27,613 nt of DNA from Acidimicrobiales bacterium (lineage in GTDB: Bacteria; Actinomycetota; Acidimicrobiia; Acidimicrobiales; JAJPHD01). The stretch is from positions 1 through 27,613 of the forward strand of contig JBOGGU010000022.1 in the NCBI GenBank assembly GCA_050744085.1, written 5' to 3'. Position 1 is the first letter of the stretch; every line of letters begins with the position of its first letter. Shown in pieces: positions 1 through 8,231 of this stretch. Below the pieces are notes generated by a model. That model saw nothing but the letters and a program-made list of their open reading frames with translations, was not told the origin of the DNA and made no database searches. The position numbers were made by a program, and so were the translations under genes.

Positions 1-561
1 CAGGCGGACCCCGTGCCTTCCTCCACCCCGAGCGTTCAGCTGGGATCCTTGGACATTGCCCCCACATCTCCGACAGGCCTTGACTGCAGCGGCCTCATCA
101 GTGCGGGAGGCGAGCAGCTCCGGGTGAGCGGCGACGGCTTCACGCCTGGTTCGTCAGTGCCGATCTATCTGGTCTCGCCCGGCCTCGGCTCCAGCGAGGA
201 GGTACAGCTGGCAAGCGTGATCGCAGACGCGACCGGGACAGTCAACTCCGTCATCACGATCCCACTCAGCGCGAAGGGCTTCAGCGAGCCCGATCTCGGA
301 GCTGGGCTGGCGTTCCTCAACGCAGAGGGCAGCGGAAGTCAAGCTGCGAGCGTCAATGACCTGGGCATGGTCGGGCTCACGCCCGTGGCAGATGCGTGTG
401 CATCGTCCGGACCCACCAGCTCCGCTGGCCTGCTCGGCTCAGTGCTTAACGGCCTGTTGGGCTCCTCCAGCTCCGGCGGCCTGCTCCGGTTATCGGGACT
501 TGGTGGCTTGCTGGGCATCCCGTTGGCAGTGCCTGCCAAGGGAGGGAGCACCGCGAGGTGA
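1..561 (+). CDS. hypothetical Gly/Ser/Leu-rich secreted or surface protein, C-terminal part (5-prime end lies outside the window)
   Basis: The reading frame is open from nt 1 to TGA at 559-561, so the gene enters from upstream. Low-complexity GLLGS-type tail. The stop overlaps the start of the next gene (GTGATG). Confidence 0.4.
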   Translation, partial: QADPVPSSTPSVQLGSLDIAPTSPTGLDCSGLISAGGEQLRVSGDGFTPGSSVPIYLVSPGLGSSEEVQLASVIADATGTVNSVITIPLSAKGFSEPDLGAGLAFLNAEGSGSQAASVNDLGMVGLTPVADACASSGPTSSAGLLGSVLNGLLGSSSSGGLLRLSGLGGLLGIPLAVPAKGGSTAR

Positions 562-1076
562 TGCGGGTGATCTCTCCCGTCCCCCAGCAGTATCTTTCGG
601 TACCCCACCCGGGGTTGCGAGCACGGGATCGTTTGGTACGTCATGCTGGTGGCCTGGCAGCGGTTGGCCTGCTGGTGGCGACCCTGGAACTATCGGGGTG
701 TAGCGTCGGTCGCCCTCCCAATCCGGATCCAGGCAACGTCAGGCTTCATCTGTTGGAAGCCGACCCAGTCTTCGCCAAGCTGCCACCGGGCTCACGGCTT
801 ACCAAGCCCATCAGCGATCAGGCTGCTTACTACGACAACGCGGGCATCACTGGTGGCAGCGCCTGGCAAGGCCCCACCGTCACAGAGGACTTTACGACCA
901 AGTTCGGCGCCACTACCTTGCTCTCCTCCGTCAACGCCATGGCCGTCACTGCTGGATGGGTCAGGTATTCCACCTCAGGCTGGACTAAAGAGGTGGCATT
1001 GGGAAAGGTGTACCTAACTCTGAACCCTGTCATCCCCTCCGGACCTAACGCCTACGAACTCACCGCCAGTGCCTGA
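558..1076 (+). CDS. putative lipoprotein; a TTG start at 633 is more likely than 558
   Basis: Signal-like segment VRHAGGLAAVGLLVATLELSGCS with lipobox L-S-G-C. Start is coupled to the upstream stop. No recognisable catalytic motif. Confidence 0.5.
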   Translation: MMRVISPVPQQYLSVPHPGLRARDRLVRHAGGLAAVGLLVATLELSGCSVGRPPNPDPGNVRLHLLEADPVFAKLPPGSRLTKPISDQAAYYDNAGITGGSAWQGPTVTEDFTTKFGATTLLSSVNAMAVTAGWVRYSTSGWTKEVALGKVYLTLNPVIPSGPNAYELTASA

Positions 1077-1123
1077 CTGTTCCCGCGAGAGCAGGGCTAC
1101 TTTGCCCCTGGGGACACGCTTAG

Positions 1124-1384
1124 GAGCAGGGGGCCGACAACTACGGTCCCGGGATCAAGGATCGGCTCACCGGAGCGCATGAGACCGCCCGTTGGGACAC
1201 CTTCACTTCGGGAGCTTCGGACCGGGGGGCCTCGATACGGATCCCCTGGGTCGTCGAGAAGGCCAAGAGGGGCTGGCTCGAGGACCGCCGGCCGAATGCC
1301 AACATGGACCCCTACGTGGTCAGCCGCCTGATCGTGGAGACCTGCTGCGCGGCCCTTGCTTCCACGCCCCTCTCCCTGGAGTAG
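1124..1384 (+). pseudogene. glutamine synthetase type II (GlnII-like) C-terminal remnant, about 87 codons
   Basis: The frame translates to ...RLTGAHETARWDTFTSGASDRGASIRIPWVVEKAKRGWLEDRRPNANMDPYVVSRLIVET.... This matches the conserved GS-II C-terminus (RLTGFHET...SASIRIPR...KGYFEDRRPSANCDPY). An in-frame TAG sits immediately upstream, and no N-terminal GS sequence is found in any frame. Confidence 0.55.
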
Positions 1385-1414
1385 GGACAACCGGATTGGC
1401 GTCAATCCGACGAA

Positions 1415-3106
1415 TCAGCCCTTCGACGACCCTGGGCGCATCGCGGCGGGGGCGTGGCTGGGCACGGCTGGGTCGCGCGGGGAGACCGGGTCGATGCGAC
1501 GGTAGCCTTCACCCAGCGTAGGCCGGGGATCTGGCTCCCCACGATTGGGCCAGTAGGACATGGCCCTCTCTGCCTGGGCGGTGATCGTGAGAGAGGGGTT
1601 CACGCCGAGGTTTGCCGAGATGGCCGACCCGTCCACGACGTGGAGGCCAGGGTGGCCGTAGGCACGGTGGTAGGCATCGATTACGCCGCTCCTCGTCGAG
1701 TCCCCGATCACCGCCCCACCGATGAAGTGCGCGGTCATCGGGGTGTTGAACAGGTCGCCCCACGCACCTCCAGCCACGCCGTCGATCTTCTCGGCGATCC
1801 GGCGCGCCACGTCGTGTCCAACCGGGACCCAGGTGGGGCTCGGCTCGCCGTGGCCGGGCCTGGTCGACAGCCGAACCCGGCCAAGCGCCGCCGGCTTGGG
1901 GTAGACGGTCATCGAGTTGTCCAGGGACTGCATGACCAGGGCTATCACCGTCTGGCGAGCCCAGCCCCTTACCCCGTACATGGTCCGCACATCTGCCCGT
2001 TGGAGCCACGACTGGCGAAGGCCCAGCGCCAAGCGGCTGCGCCCCTCGACGGGGTCCGTGAGAGCCGTCTGCAACAGGCCCATGAGGTCGCTCCCGCTGC
2101 CGTAGCGGACCGGCTCGATGTGCGTGTCGCCGTCAGGGTGGACCGACGAGGTGATGGCCACGCCCCGGGTGAAGTTGACGTCGCTCCTGCGCGAGCGCGC
2201 CCCGACGATAGCCTCAGAGTTGGTCCTCGTCAGGACGCCCAGGCGCTCCGAAAGGCCGGGGAGGAGGCGCTGGTATTGCATCCGGTGCAACAGGCGCTGG
2301 GTGCCGAGGGTGCCCGCGGCGAACACGACATGGCGCGCAGAGAAGCTGCGTCGGGTGCGCCTCCCGGCCAGCGCCGTGGGCTTGGTCTCCACAGCGTAGC
2401 CGCCGCCCACCACTGGGCGCACCGCAGTCACCGTGGTCATCGGCAAGATCTCCGCGCCAGCGCGCTCGGCGAGGTAGAGATAATTCTTGACCAGGGTGTT
2501 CTTCGCATTGTGCCGGCAACCAGTCATGCATGCGCCGCACTCGATGCAGCCGCTGCGCGCCGGGCCCATCCCTGCGAAGTACGGGTCGGCCACCTCAACG
2601 CCTGGTTGGCCGAAGAAGACCCCCACTGGTGTGGGCTGGTAGGTGTCGCCGAAGCCCATCTCGACCGCCACCTCGCGCAGCACCTGGTCCGCCGGCGTGG
2701 TGGTGGGGTTGGGGACCACCCCCAGCATCCGCTCTGCCTGCTCGAAATGGGGCCCGAGCTCGCTGCGCCAGTCGGTGATTTTGGCCCACTGCTCGTCGTC
2801 GTAGAAGGCCTGGCTGGGCCGGTAGAGGGTGTTGCCGTAGACCAGGGAGCCTCCGCCCACGCCGGCCCCAGCCAGGATGACGATGTCTTTCAGGAGGGAG
2901 ATCCTCTGGATGCCGTGGCAGCCCAACGCGGGGGCCCACAGGTAGCTCCGCACATCCCAGCTCGTCTCGGGAAGCTCCTCGTCAGCAAAGCGTCGCCCTG
3001 CCTCGATGATACCGGCGCGGTATCCCTTCTCGGTGAGCCGGAGTGCCGCCACGCTGCCCCCGAACCCGCTGCCAACGACCAAGACGTCGTAATCAGAGCC
3101 AGTCAC
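1415..3106 (-). CDS. GMC family FAD-dependent oxidoreductase (cholesterol oxidase/choline dehydrogenase-like)
   Basis: N-terminal Rossmann motif DVLVVGSGFGGSVAALRL, 563 aa, GMC-like layout. Confidence 0.85.
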   Translation of the reverse strand: MTGSDYDVLVVGSGFGGSVAALRLTEKGYRAGIIEAGRRFADEELPETSWDVRSYLWAPALGCHGIQRISLLKDIVILAGAGVGGGSLVYGNTLYRPSQAFYDDEQWAKITDWRSELGPHFEQAERMLGVVPNPTTTPADQVLREVAVEMGFGDTYQPTPVGVFFGQPGVEVADPYFAGMGPARSGCIECGACMTGCRHNAKNTLVKNYLYLAERAGAEILPMTTVTAVRPVVGGGYAVETKPTALAGRRTRRSFSARHVVFAAGTLGTQRLLHRMQYQRLLPGLSERLGVLTRTNSEAIVGARSRRSDVNFTRGVAITSSVHPDGDTHIEPVRYGSGSDLMGLLQTALTDPVEGRSRLALGLRQSWLQRADVRTMYGVRGWARQTVIALVMQSLDNSMTVYPKPAALGRVRLSTRPGHGEPSPTWVPVGHDVARRIAEKIDGVAGGAWGDLFNTPMTAHFIGGAVIGDSTRSGVIDAYHRAYGHPGLHVVDGSAISANLGVNPSLTITAQAERAMSYWPNRGEPDPRPTLGEGYRRIDPVSPRDPAVPSHAPAAMRPGSSKG

Positions 3107-3181
3107 GTAGAAAAGCTACAGGCAGCGCGCCTGACCCGGGTGGTCACCGGTGCGTAGCCATCAGCATGGTACGTTTGTGGG

Positions 3182-3415
3182 ATGCGCACTACCATTGACC
3201 GCGTAGGCAGGCTTGTGATCCCCAAGGCGCTGCGGGACCAGGCAGGCCTTCAACCAGGCGACATCGAGGTGACCCTGGACGGCGCCGGCATACGCATCGA
3301 GGCACTGGCAACCGGAGACGTGGTCGAGAGAGACGGGCGCCTGGTCGTCCCGGCGACCGGGAACGAGCTGGATGACGGGGATGTCAGGGTGCTCAGGTAT
3401 GGCGACCAACGCTGA
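3182..3415 (+). CDS. vapB: AbrB/MazE/SpoVT-type antitoxin (VapB-like)
   Basis: 77 aa with RVGRLVIPKALRDQAGLQPGD swapped-hairpin motif. Overlaps the downstream PIN gene. Confidence 0.75.
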   Translation: MRTTIDRVGRLVIPKALRDQAGLQPGDIEVTLDGAGIRIEALATGDVVERDGRLVVPATGNELDDGDVRVLRYGDQR

Positions 3416-3845
3416 GAGCGTGGGGGACCTCCGCAACCCCGACGTCCTTTTGGACACGAGCGTCGCCGTCCCGCTGGTAGTCGAGGACCATGGCAACCAC
3501 GACCAAACCGTGCAAGCGCTGCGCGGTCGTAGCCTCGGGCTGGCGGGCCACGCGGCCTTCGAGGCTTTCTCAGTGCTGAGCCGACTCCCGGCGCCCTTGC
3601 GGAGGACCCCGCGAGCGGTCAGTGCCCTCATTGCAGCCAACTTCTCACGGTCGAGATTCGTGAGCGCATCGGGCGCCGAAGACCTGCTCGGCCACCTGCC
3701 GGGGCTGGGCATAGTTGGCGGCTCCGTTTACGACGCCCTCGTGGGCGCAGTTGCAGTTGAGCACGGGCTGCGCCTTGCGACGAGAGACCGGCGAGCCATC
3801 GGCACCTACCGAGCGCTCGGAGTGGACATCGAGTTCCTGGAGTAG
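3399..3845 (+). CDS. vapC: PIN-domain ribonuclease toxin VapC
   Basis: LLDTSVAVPLV...D...ATRD PIN signature. ATG at 3399 lies in the frame of track ORF 3372..3845 and overlaps vapB by 17 nt. Confidence 0.75.
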   Translation: MATNAESVGDLRNPDVLLDTSVAVPLVVEDHGNHDQTVQALRGRSLGLAGHAAFEAFSVLSRLPAPLRRTPRAVSALIAANFSRSRFVSASGAEDLLGHLPGLGIVGGSVYDALVGAVAVEHGLRLATRDRRAIGTYRALGVDIEFLE

Positions 3846-3882
3846 CTACTTGACATAACGGTCCTTATCGGCGGCCGATGGC

Positions 3883-4197
3883 TCAGCAGTCGGCCAGGGC
3901 CTTGAGCGCCTCGCACAGGCGATGGTGACCGACTGGGCCGAGGGAGCCGACGCGATCGGCGAGGAAGGACCGTCGGATCGGCTGAAGGTTGTCCAAGGTG
4001 GCGGCAGAGTCGTTCGAAAGGCCTTCCGCGGCCCCGAGTGGCACCTCTGTCGGGATGTGCCTAACGGTCCTTGTCACCGGGGCCACGAGGATCCAGGTGA
4101 GCACCGGGATCGCCCGATCGCGCGTCACCACCAGGACCGGGCGTCGCTTGTCCTCTGCTTGGGCCCACCAGATCTCGCCCTGGAGGGGCAGGCTCAC
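3883..4197 (-). CDS. PemK/MazF family endoribonuclease toxin
   Basis: GEIWWAQ...KRRPVLVVTRD...VAPVT motif. GTG start at 4197 overlaps the TGA of the upstream antitoxin (GTGA). The track ORF extends to 4242. Confidence 0.7.
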   Translation of the reverse strand: MSLPLQGEIWWAQAEDKRRPVLVVTRDRAIPVLTWILVAPVTRTVRHIPTEVPLGAAEGLSNDSAATLDNLQPIRRSFLADRVGSLGPVGHHRLCEALKALADC

Positions 4198-4442
4198 CAG
4201 GGTTCTTCGGCGATCATCCGGATCGTCGAGGCATCCGCCCAAGCAACCCCGCTGGCGTCCTGTGGACGCCGCTCGTAGCCGTCGACTATCGCTTGGCCTA
4301 CTCGTTGCCTGCTGCGCCGGTCAACGAGCTCTGCCAAGCCCACGCGAACCGCCTCGGACCGGGAGGCGACCTCGCCCTCGCGTACCAGCGCGTCCACGGA
4401 CCTCATCAGCTCCTCGCTGATCCTGGTAACCAGTTGCGCCAT
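4194..4442 (-). CDS. ribbon-helix-helix (CopG/MazE-like) antitoxin
   Basis: 82 aa. N-terminal RISEELMRSVDALVREGEVASRSEAVRVGLAEL is RHH-like. Directly upstream of the MazF-like toxin and overlapping it. Confidence 0.65.
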   Translation of the reverse strand: MAQLVTRISEELMRSVDALVREGEVASRSEAVRVGLAELVDRRSRQRVGQAIVDGYERRPQDASGVAWADASTIRMIAEEPW

Positions 4443-4460
4443 ACGTAAAGTATAGCACTC
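4443..4460 (-). promoter_or_regulatory. extended -10 promoter (TGcTATACT) about 7 nt upstream of the antitoxin ATG, implying a leaderless transcript
   Basis: The minus strand reads ...gagTGcTATACTttacgtATG. Confidence 0.35.
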
Positions 4461-4823
4461 TGATGTACGCGCGCCGCCCTAACGGCGTCTCGTAGGAGCG
4501 ACACGTTGCTGGTCCTTAGGTTCGGCGCCCACCCACAGGGCCTTGACAGGGGTTGGGACGTAAAGTACGCTAGGCGTAACCTAGGTCTCCGAGCGGGTGC
4601 GCCGTCCCGGCGCGGGCCGCAAGAAGGCGGTCGATCAGCGATGCAGAGCTTGCCGCCATCCCCATCCATCGCCACGACTGGCACGGCGAATGGAACTACA
4701 CAATCCGACCACCAACACCGCCCTAACCGCTCAGGTAATTGCCGCACAGGCCCTTACCGCCCTCGACGTCGACGACACCGAGGTCGGCCTGGACCGGCCA
4801 TCCGCCGTCAACTGCCCCTCGCG

Positions 4824-4876
4824 CTGAACTTTGGGCAATGGACGACACTGAGCGTCCGCCATTGCCCCAAGTTCAG
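4824..4876 (-). terminator. 18-bp near-perfect inverted repeat (CTGAACTTTGGGCAATGG / CCATTGCCCCAAGTTCAG) with a 17-nt loop, about 60 nt downstream of merR
   Basis: Seen directly. 17 of 18 positions pair. Lies at the 3-prime end of the MFS-merR operon. Confidence 0.4.
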
Positions 4877-4937
4877 GGGCATCTCACCGCAGCCCGACTG
4901 GAGCGACCCCACTTGAGGGTAGCTCACCAGGCTTCCC

Positions 4938-5405
4938 TCAGGTTGTGAGAACCTCCTGGTGACCAGCGAGCCGCTCGGCCACCGCCTGGTATCGCGCCAC
5001 CGTGGCGTCGAGCTCGGCAAGGATTCGCTGGAGTCGCTCCGCCTTCGCCCTCACACGCGCCCGGGTGCCCTCGACCGAGCTCATTGCCTCAGCCAGCAGC
5101 GCCACCTGCTCGTCGTGCTCGGCACCCCCGTGCCACTCGGTGCGGATGGCGGCCATGCGGTCCTTGAGCGCGAGGATCGACTGGATCTCCTCCAGCGAGT
5201 AGCCCATCACCTCTTGGAGCTCGCGAATCTGCGACACCCGCTCCACGTCGTCGGCGACGTAGCGCCGGCAGCCGCCAGGGCTGTGCCCGGTCGGCGTGAG
5301 CAGCCCGACCTCCTCGTAGTAGCGAAGGGTGCGCTCTGACACCCCCACCAGCTCAGCCACCTTCCCGATGGCCATCAGGCCATCGTCGGGCACCAGCGCG
5401 GTCAC
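4938..5405 (-). CDS. MerR family transcriptional regulator
   Basis: [27 protein letters not shown] followed by a coiled-coil. Start overlaps the MFS stop by 4 nt. Confidence 0.85.
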   Translation of the reverse strand: MTALVPDDGLMAIGKVAELVGVSERTLRYYEEVGLLTPTGHSPGGCRRYVADDVERVSQIRELQEVMGYSLEEIQSILALKDRMAAIRTEWHGGAEHDEQVALLAEAMSSVEGTRARVRAKAERLQRILAELDATVARYQAVAERLAGHQEVLTT

Positions 5406-7243
5406 TGCTCACGCCCCACTGGGAAGAGGGCGTCGGTGTCTGAGCTCGCCAGCGCAGGCTCGACCTCAGGTGGTGCGACCCCAGCAGGGCCGCTGATCCC
5501 GGCGGGCACGGGAGCATCTGCGTGCTCGGGAGCTGGCGGAGCCTCGGCGTGCACGTACTTGGTGCCCCGCAGCCACGAGGCAATCGCGGCCAGCACCGAG
5601 GCGCCGACGGCAAAGTCCAAGGCCGTGCGCAGGCCCTTCATGAACGGGGGCGCGATCAGGTGAGGGAAGAAGCTGCGCCCGGTGAGGAATTGCGCATGGG
5701 CGGCCGAGAGGTGCCCGAGGACCGGCCCAAGCAGGGTCTGCATCGGGTTGTAGCCCAGGAATGCTGCGAACAGGCTGCTCACCGCAGGCAGGTGCGAGAT
5801 CCTTGTGGCGTCGGCGGCCGGGACGCCCTGAGCCGTCAAGCCGCTGTAGAGCGATTGGGGAAGGGTGGCAGACAGCCCGATGATGATGAGGGTGAAGAAG
5901 ATCCCGATCGACAGCACCATGGCGGAGTTCTGGAAGGTGGCCGACATCCCGGCCCCCGCTCCGCGCTGGTCCGGAGGCAGGCTGTTCATTATCCCCGCCC
6001 GGTTCGGCGAGGCGAACATCCCGGCGGCCAGGCCGTAGACGAGCAGCAGGGCGGCGAACTCGAGGTAGTTGAAGTTGGCCGGCAGCAGCTGGAGCAGCAC
6101 GAACACGACCGCTGCCACCAGCATCCCGCCGGTGGCGAAGGGCCTGGCGCCGAAGCGGTCGGAAAGGATCCCCGAGATCGGGCCGGCAATCAGGAAGCCG
6201 ATGGTCAGCGGGACCATGAAGATGCCCGCCCACAGGGGGGTGGACACGTAGCTGTAACCGTGCAGGGGCAGCCAGATGCCCTGCAGCCAGATGATGAGTA
6301 TGAACATCAGCCCGCCGCGGGCGAGCCCCGACAGCAGGCTGGCGAAGTTCCCACCGGTGAAAGCCCTGATGCGGAACAACTTCAGGCGGAACATCGGCTG
6401 GGCCACCTTGGTCTCGATCCAGGCAAACAGGCCGAGGATCGCCAACCCACCGATGAGTGCCCCGAGAACCATCGGGTTGGTCCAGCCCATGGTGTGGCCC
6501 CCGTAGGGCAGGATGCCGTAGGTGATGCCCACCAACACTGCCACCAGCCCGACGGCAAAGGTGAGGTTGCCCCACCAGTCGATCCTCGACGGCGTGCGCA
6601 CCCCGGTGTCGTGGAGCTTGACGTAGGCCCAGACGGTGCCGAACACTCCGACCGGCACGGAGACCAAGAAGACCAGCCGCCAGGAAACCGGCCCCAGCAA
6701 GCCACCGAGGATCAGGCCGATGAACGACCCTGCGATGGCCGAGACGGCGTTGATGCCGAGCGCCAGGCCCCTTTGGTTCTCGGGGAAAGCGTCGGTCAGG
6801 ATGGCGCTCGAGTTGGCGAACAGCAGCGCCCCCCCGATGCCCTGGCCGATGCGCATGACCACAAGGAACAGGGCGGCGGAGGTCCCGCTCATCCACGTGA
6901 TCGACAGCAAGACCGAGAAGACCGTGAACACTGCAAAGCCCAGGTTGTACATCTTCACCCGGCCGAACATGTCGCCGAGGCGCCCGAAGCTCACCACCAG
7001 CACGGCCGTAGCCACCAAGAACCCCATGATCATCCACAAGAAATACGGGGTGTTGCCGGGGGTCAAGGGGTTGAGGTGGATCCCATTGAATATGTCGGGA
7101 AGCGCGATCAGGACGATGGATGAGTTGATGGTCACCATCAGCACGCCGATCGTCGTGTTCGAAAGGGCGATCCACTTGTAGCGTGGGCTCAGGTTCGTCC
7201 TGAGCCCCGGTGTCGTGGACGCCGACCGCCTGAGCAAGGCCAA
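5402..7243 (-). CDS. MFS transporter, DHA2 (EmrB/QacA-like, 14-TMS) drug:H+ antiporter
   Basis: Many TM helices and a DHA2-like layout. The track ORF runs to 7393, but the strong SD GGAGGAGGAGGG followed by in-frame TTG codons points to a start near 7243. Confidence 0.85.
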   Translation of the reverse strand: MALLRRSASTTPGLRTNLSPRYKWIALSNTTIGVLMVTINSSIVLIALPDIFNGIHLNPLTPGNTPYFLWMIMGFLVATAVLVVSFGRLGDMFGRVKMYNLGFAVFTVFSVLLSITWMSGTSAALFLVVMRIGQGIGGALLFANSSAILTDAFPENQRGLALGINAVSAIAGSFIGLILGGLLGPVSWRLVFLVSVPVGVFGTVWAYVKLHDTGVRTPSRIDWWGNLTFAVGLVAVLVGITYGILPYGGHTMGWTNPMVLGALIGGLAILGLFAWIETKVAQPMFRLKLFRIRAFTGGNFASLLSGLARGGLMFILIIWLQGIWLPLHGYSYVSTPLWAGIFMVPLTIGFLIAGPISGILSDRFGARPFATGGMLVAAVVFVLLQLLPANFNYLEFAALLLVYGLAAGMFASPNRAGIMNSLPPDQRGAGAGMSATFQNSAMVLSIGIFFTLIIIGLSATLPQSLYSGLTAQGVPAADATRISHLPAVSSLFAAFLGYNPMQTLLGPVLGHLSAAHAQFLTGRSFFPHLIAPPFMKGLRTALDFAVGASVLAAIASWLRGTKYVHAEAPPAPEHADAPVPAGISGPAGVAPPEVEPALASSDTDALFPVGREQ

Positions 7244-7265
7244 GTCCCTCCTCCTCCACTGCCCG

Positions 7266-7300
7266 TCATAATTCCTTGACGTTAACGTTAGCAGTAAGTC
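7266..7300 (-). promoter_or_regulatory. candidate MerR-type operator: perfect 10-bp dyad ACGTTAACGT inside a long-spacer promoter upstream of the MFS gene
   Basis: Minus strand reads TTACTG-(about 19-20 bp containing ACGTTAACGT)-ATTATG/TATGAC, followed by the SD and TTG. This resembles bmr/bmrR-like arrangements. Overlaps the last codons of patA. Confidence 0.35.
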
Positions 7301-8222
7301 CCTGGCACACCTGCAGGCGACTGGCTCCCGCATGTCGGTAGCCGGGGTCGCTGGGCCAGTTTGGCTGGAACAGGTGCCACTGGCCAGGGGCACGCCGGAT
7401 CAGGCCCTCCAGCTCGGAGGCGAGCTCGGCAGTGACCCGGCAGATGTCCTCGGCAAGAGTCCCCCCCCGAGCCGTGTCCAGGGGCGGGCGGAGGATTCCG
7501 AGGTGGCCCCCTCGGGGCTGGTCGACAACTGCGGTCGGCAACAGAGCCGCTCCGGTGCGCAAGGCCAGGGTGGCTGGCCCTGCAGGCACGGTTGTCTGCT
7601 CTCCGAACAAGCTCACAGGAACTCCCCTTCCTGCCAGGTCCCGGTCACAGACCAGGCCGACCAGCCCCCCTGAGCGCAGCACCTCCATCAGCCTCGGGAC
7701 CACCTTCGGGCCGAGGGGGACCACCGTGAACCCCATCGCCCGGCGGCTCTCGACGAACCAGGCGAACAGCGCCGGGTGCTTGCCTGCCTCGACGACCACC
7801 GTCATCGGGTAGCCCATAGCGGCGAGAGCCGCGCCCGCATAGTCCCAGCTGCCCATGTGCGGCAGGCCCAGGATGACCCCCTTGCCAGCCTCCAACCCCG
7901 CCCTCAGGTGCTCGAAACCTTCGAAGCACATGTGGGCCCGGAGCTCCGCTGGCGAGCAGTCGTTCAACCGGGAGGACTCGCCCCAATACCTGGCGTAGGA
8001 GACAAAGGCCCGCAGGGTGGCCGCCCTGAGCGCCGCCTTGGACATGGCGGCCACACGCTGTTGGTGCCTTGCCACCAAGGCCCGACGCCGGGGCATCAGC
8101 GCGGCGCAAGCCAGTCCTCCGAGCTCCATCAAGCGGGCTTGGGGGGGTGTGTGCCGGGCAATGGCGGCACCGGCGCGGTAGGCAAGGAGTGTCAGGTTCT
8201 CACGCCCCGCGGGCCGTGGCAT
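7266..8222 (-). CDS. patA: LPLAT-superfamily acyltransferase (HtrB/LpxL-like; phosphatidylinositol mannoside acyltransferase PatA-like)
   Basis: 318 aa with HMGSWDYAG (HxxxxD-type) motif. Sits immediately downstream of pgsA, as in the actinobacterial pgsA1-patA cluster. Confidence 0.7.
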   Translation of the reverse strand: MPRPAGRENLTLLAYRAGAAIARHTPPQARLMELGGLACAALMPRRRALVARHQQRVAAMSKAALRAATLRAFVSYARYWGESSRLNDCSPAELRAHMCFEGFEHLRAGLEAGKGVILGLPHMGSWDYAGAALAAMGYPMTVVVEAGKHPALFAWFVESRRAMGFTVVPLGPKVVPRLMEVLRSGGLVGLVCDRDLAGRGVPVSLFGEQTTVPAGPATLALRTGAALLPTAVVDQPRGGHLGILRPPLDTARGGTLAEDICRVTAELASELEGLIRRAPGQWHLFQPNWPSDPGYRHAGASRLQVCQGLTANVNVKEL

Positions 8223-8231
8223 CAGGCCGCG

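Noticed and set aside
1454-3157. 567-aa ORF on the plus strand opposite the GMC oxidoreductase
   Set aside because: It is entirely antisense to a well-supported gene. It is Arg/Ala/Pro-rich with no domain signatures. This is a typical high-GC shadow ORF.
4506-4916. 136-aa and 76-aa plus-strand ORFs in the merR-mazE gap
   Set aside because: No RBS, biased Arg/Pro composition, and they run through the 18-bp inverted repeat. The region looks regulatory or structural rather than coding.
5466-7259. 597-aa and 533-aa ORFs overlapping the MFS transporter gene in other frames and on the opposite strand
   Set aside because: Their composition (Arg/Gly/His/Pro runs) is non-protein-like. The MFS frame has clear TM periodicity.
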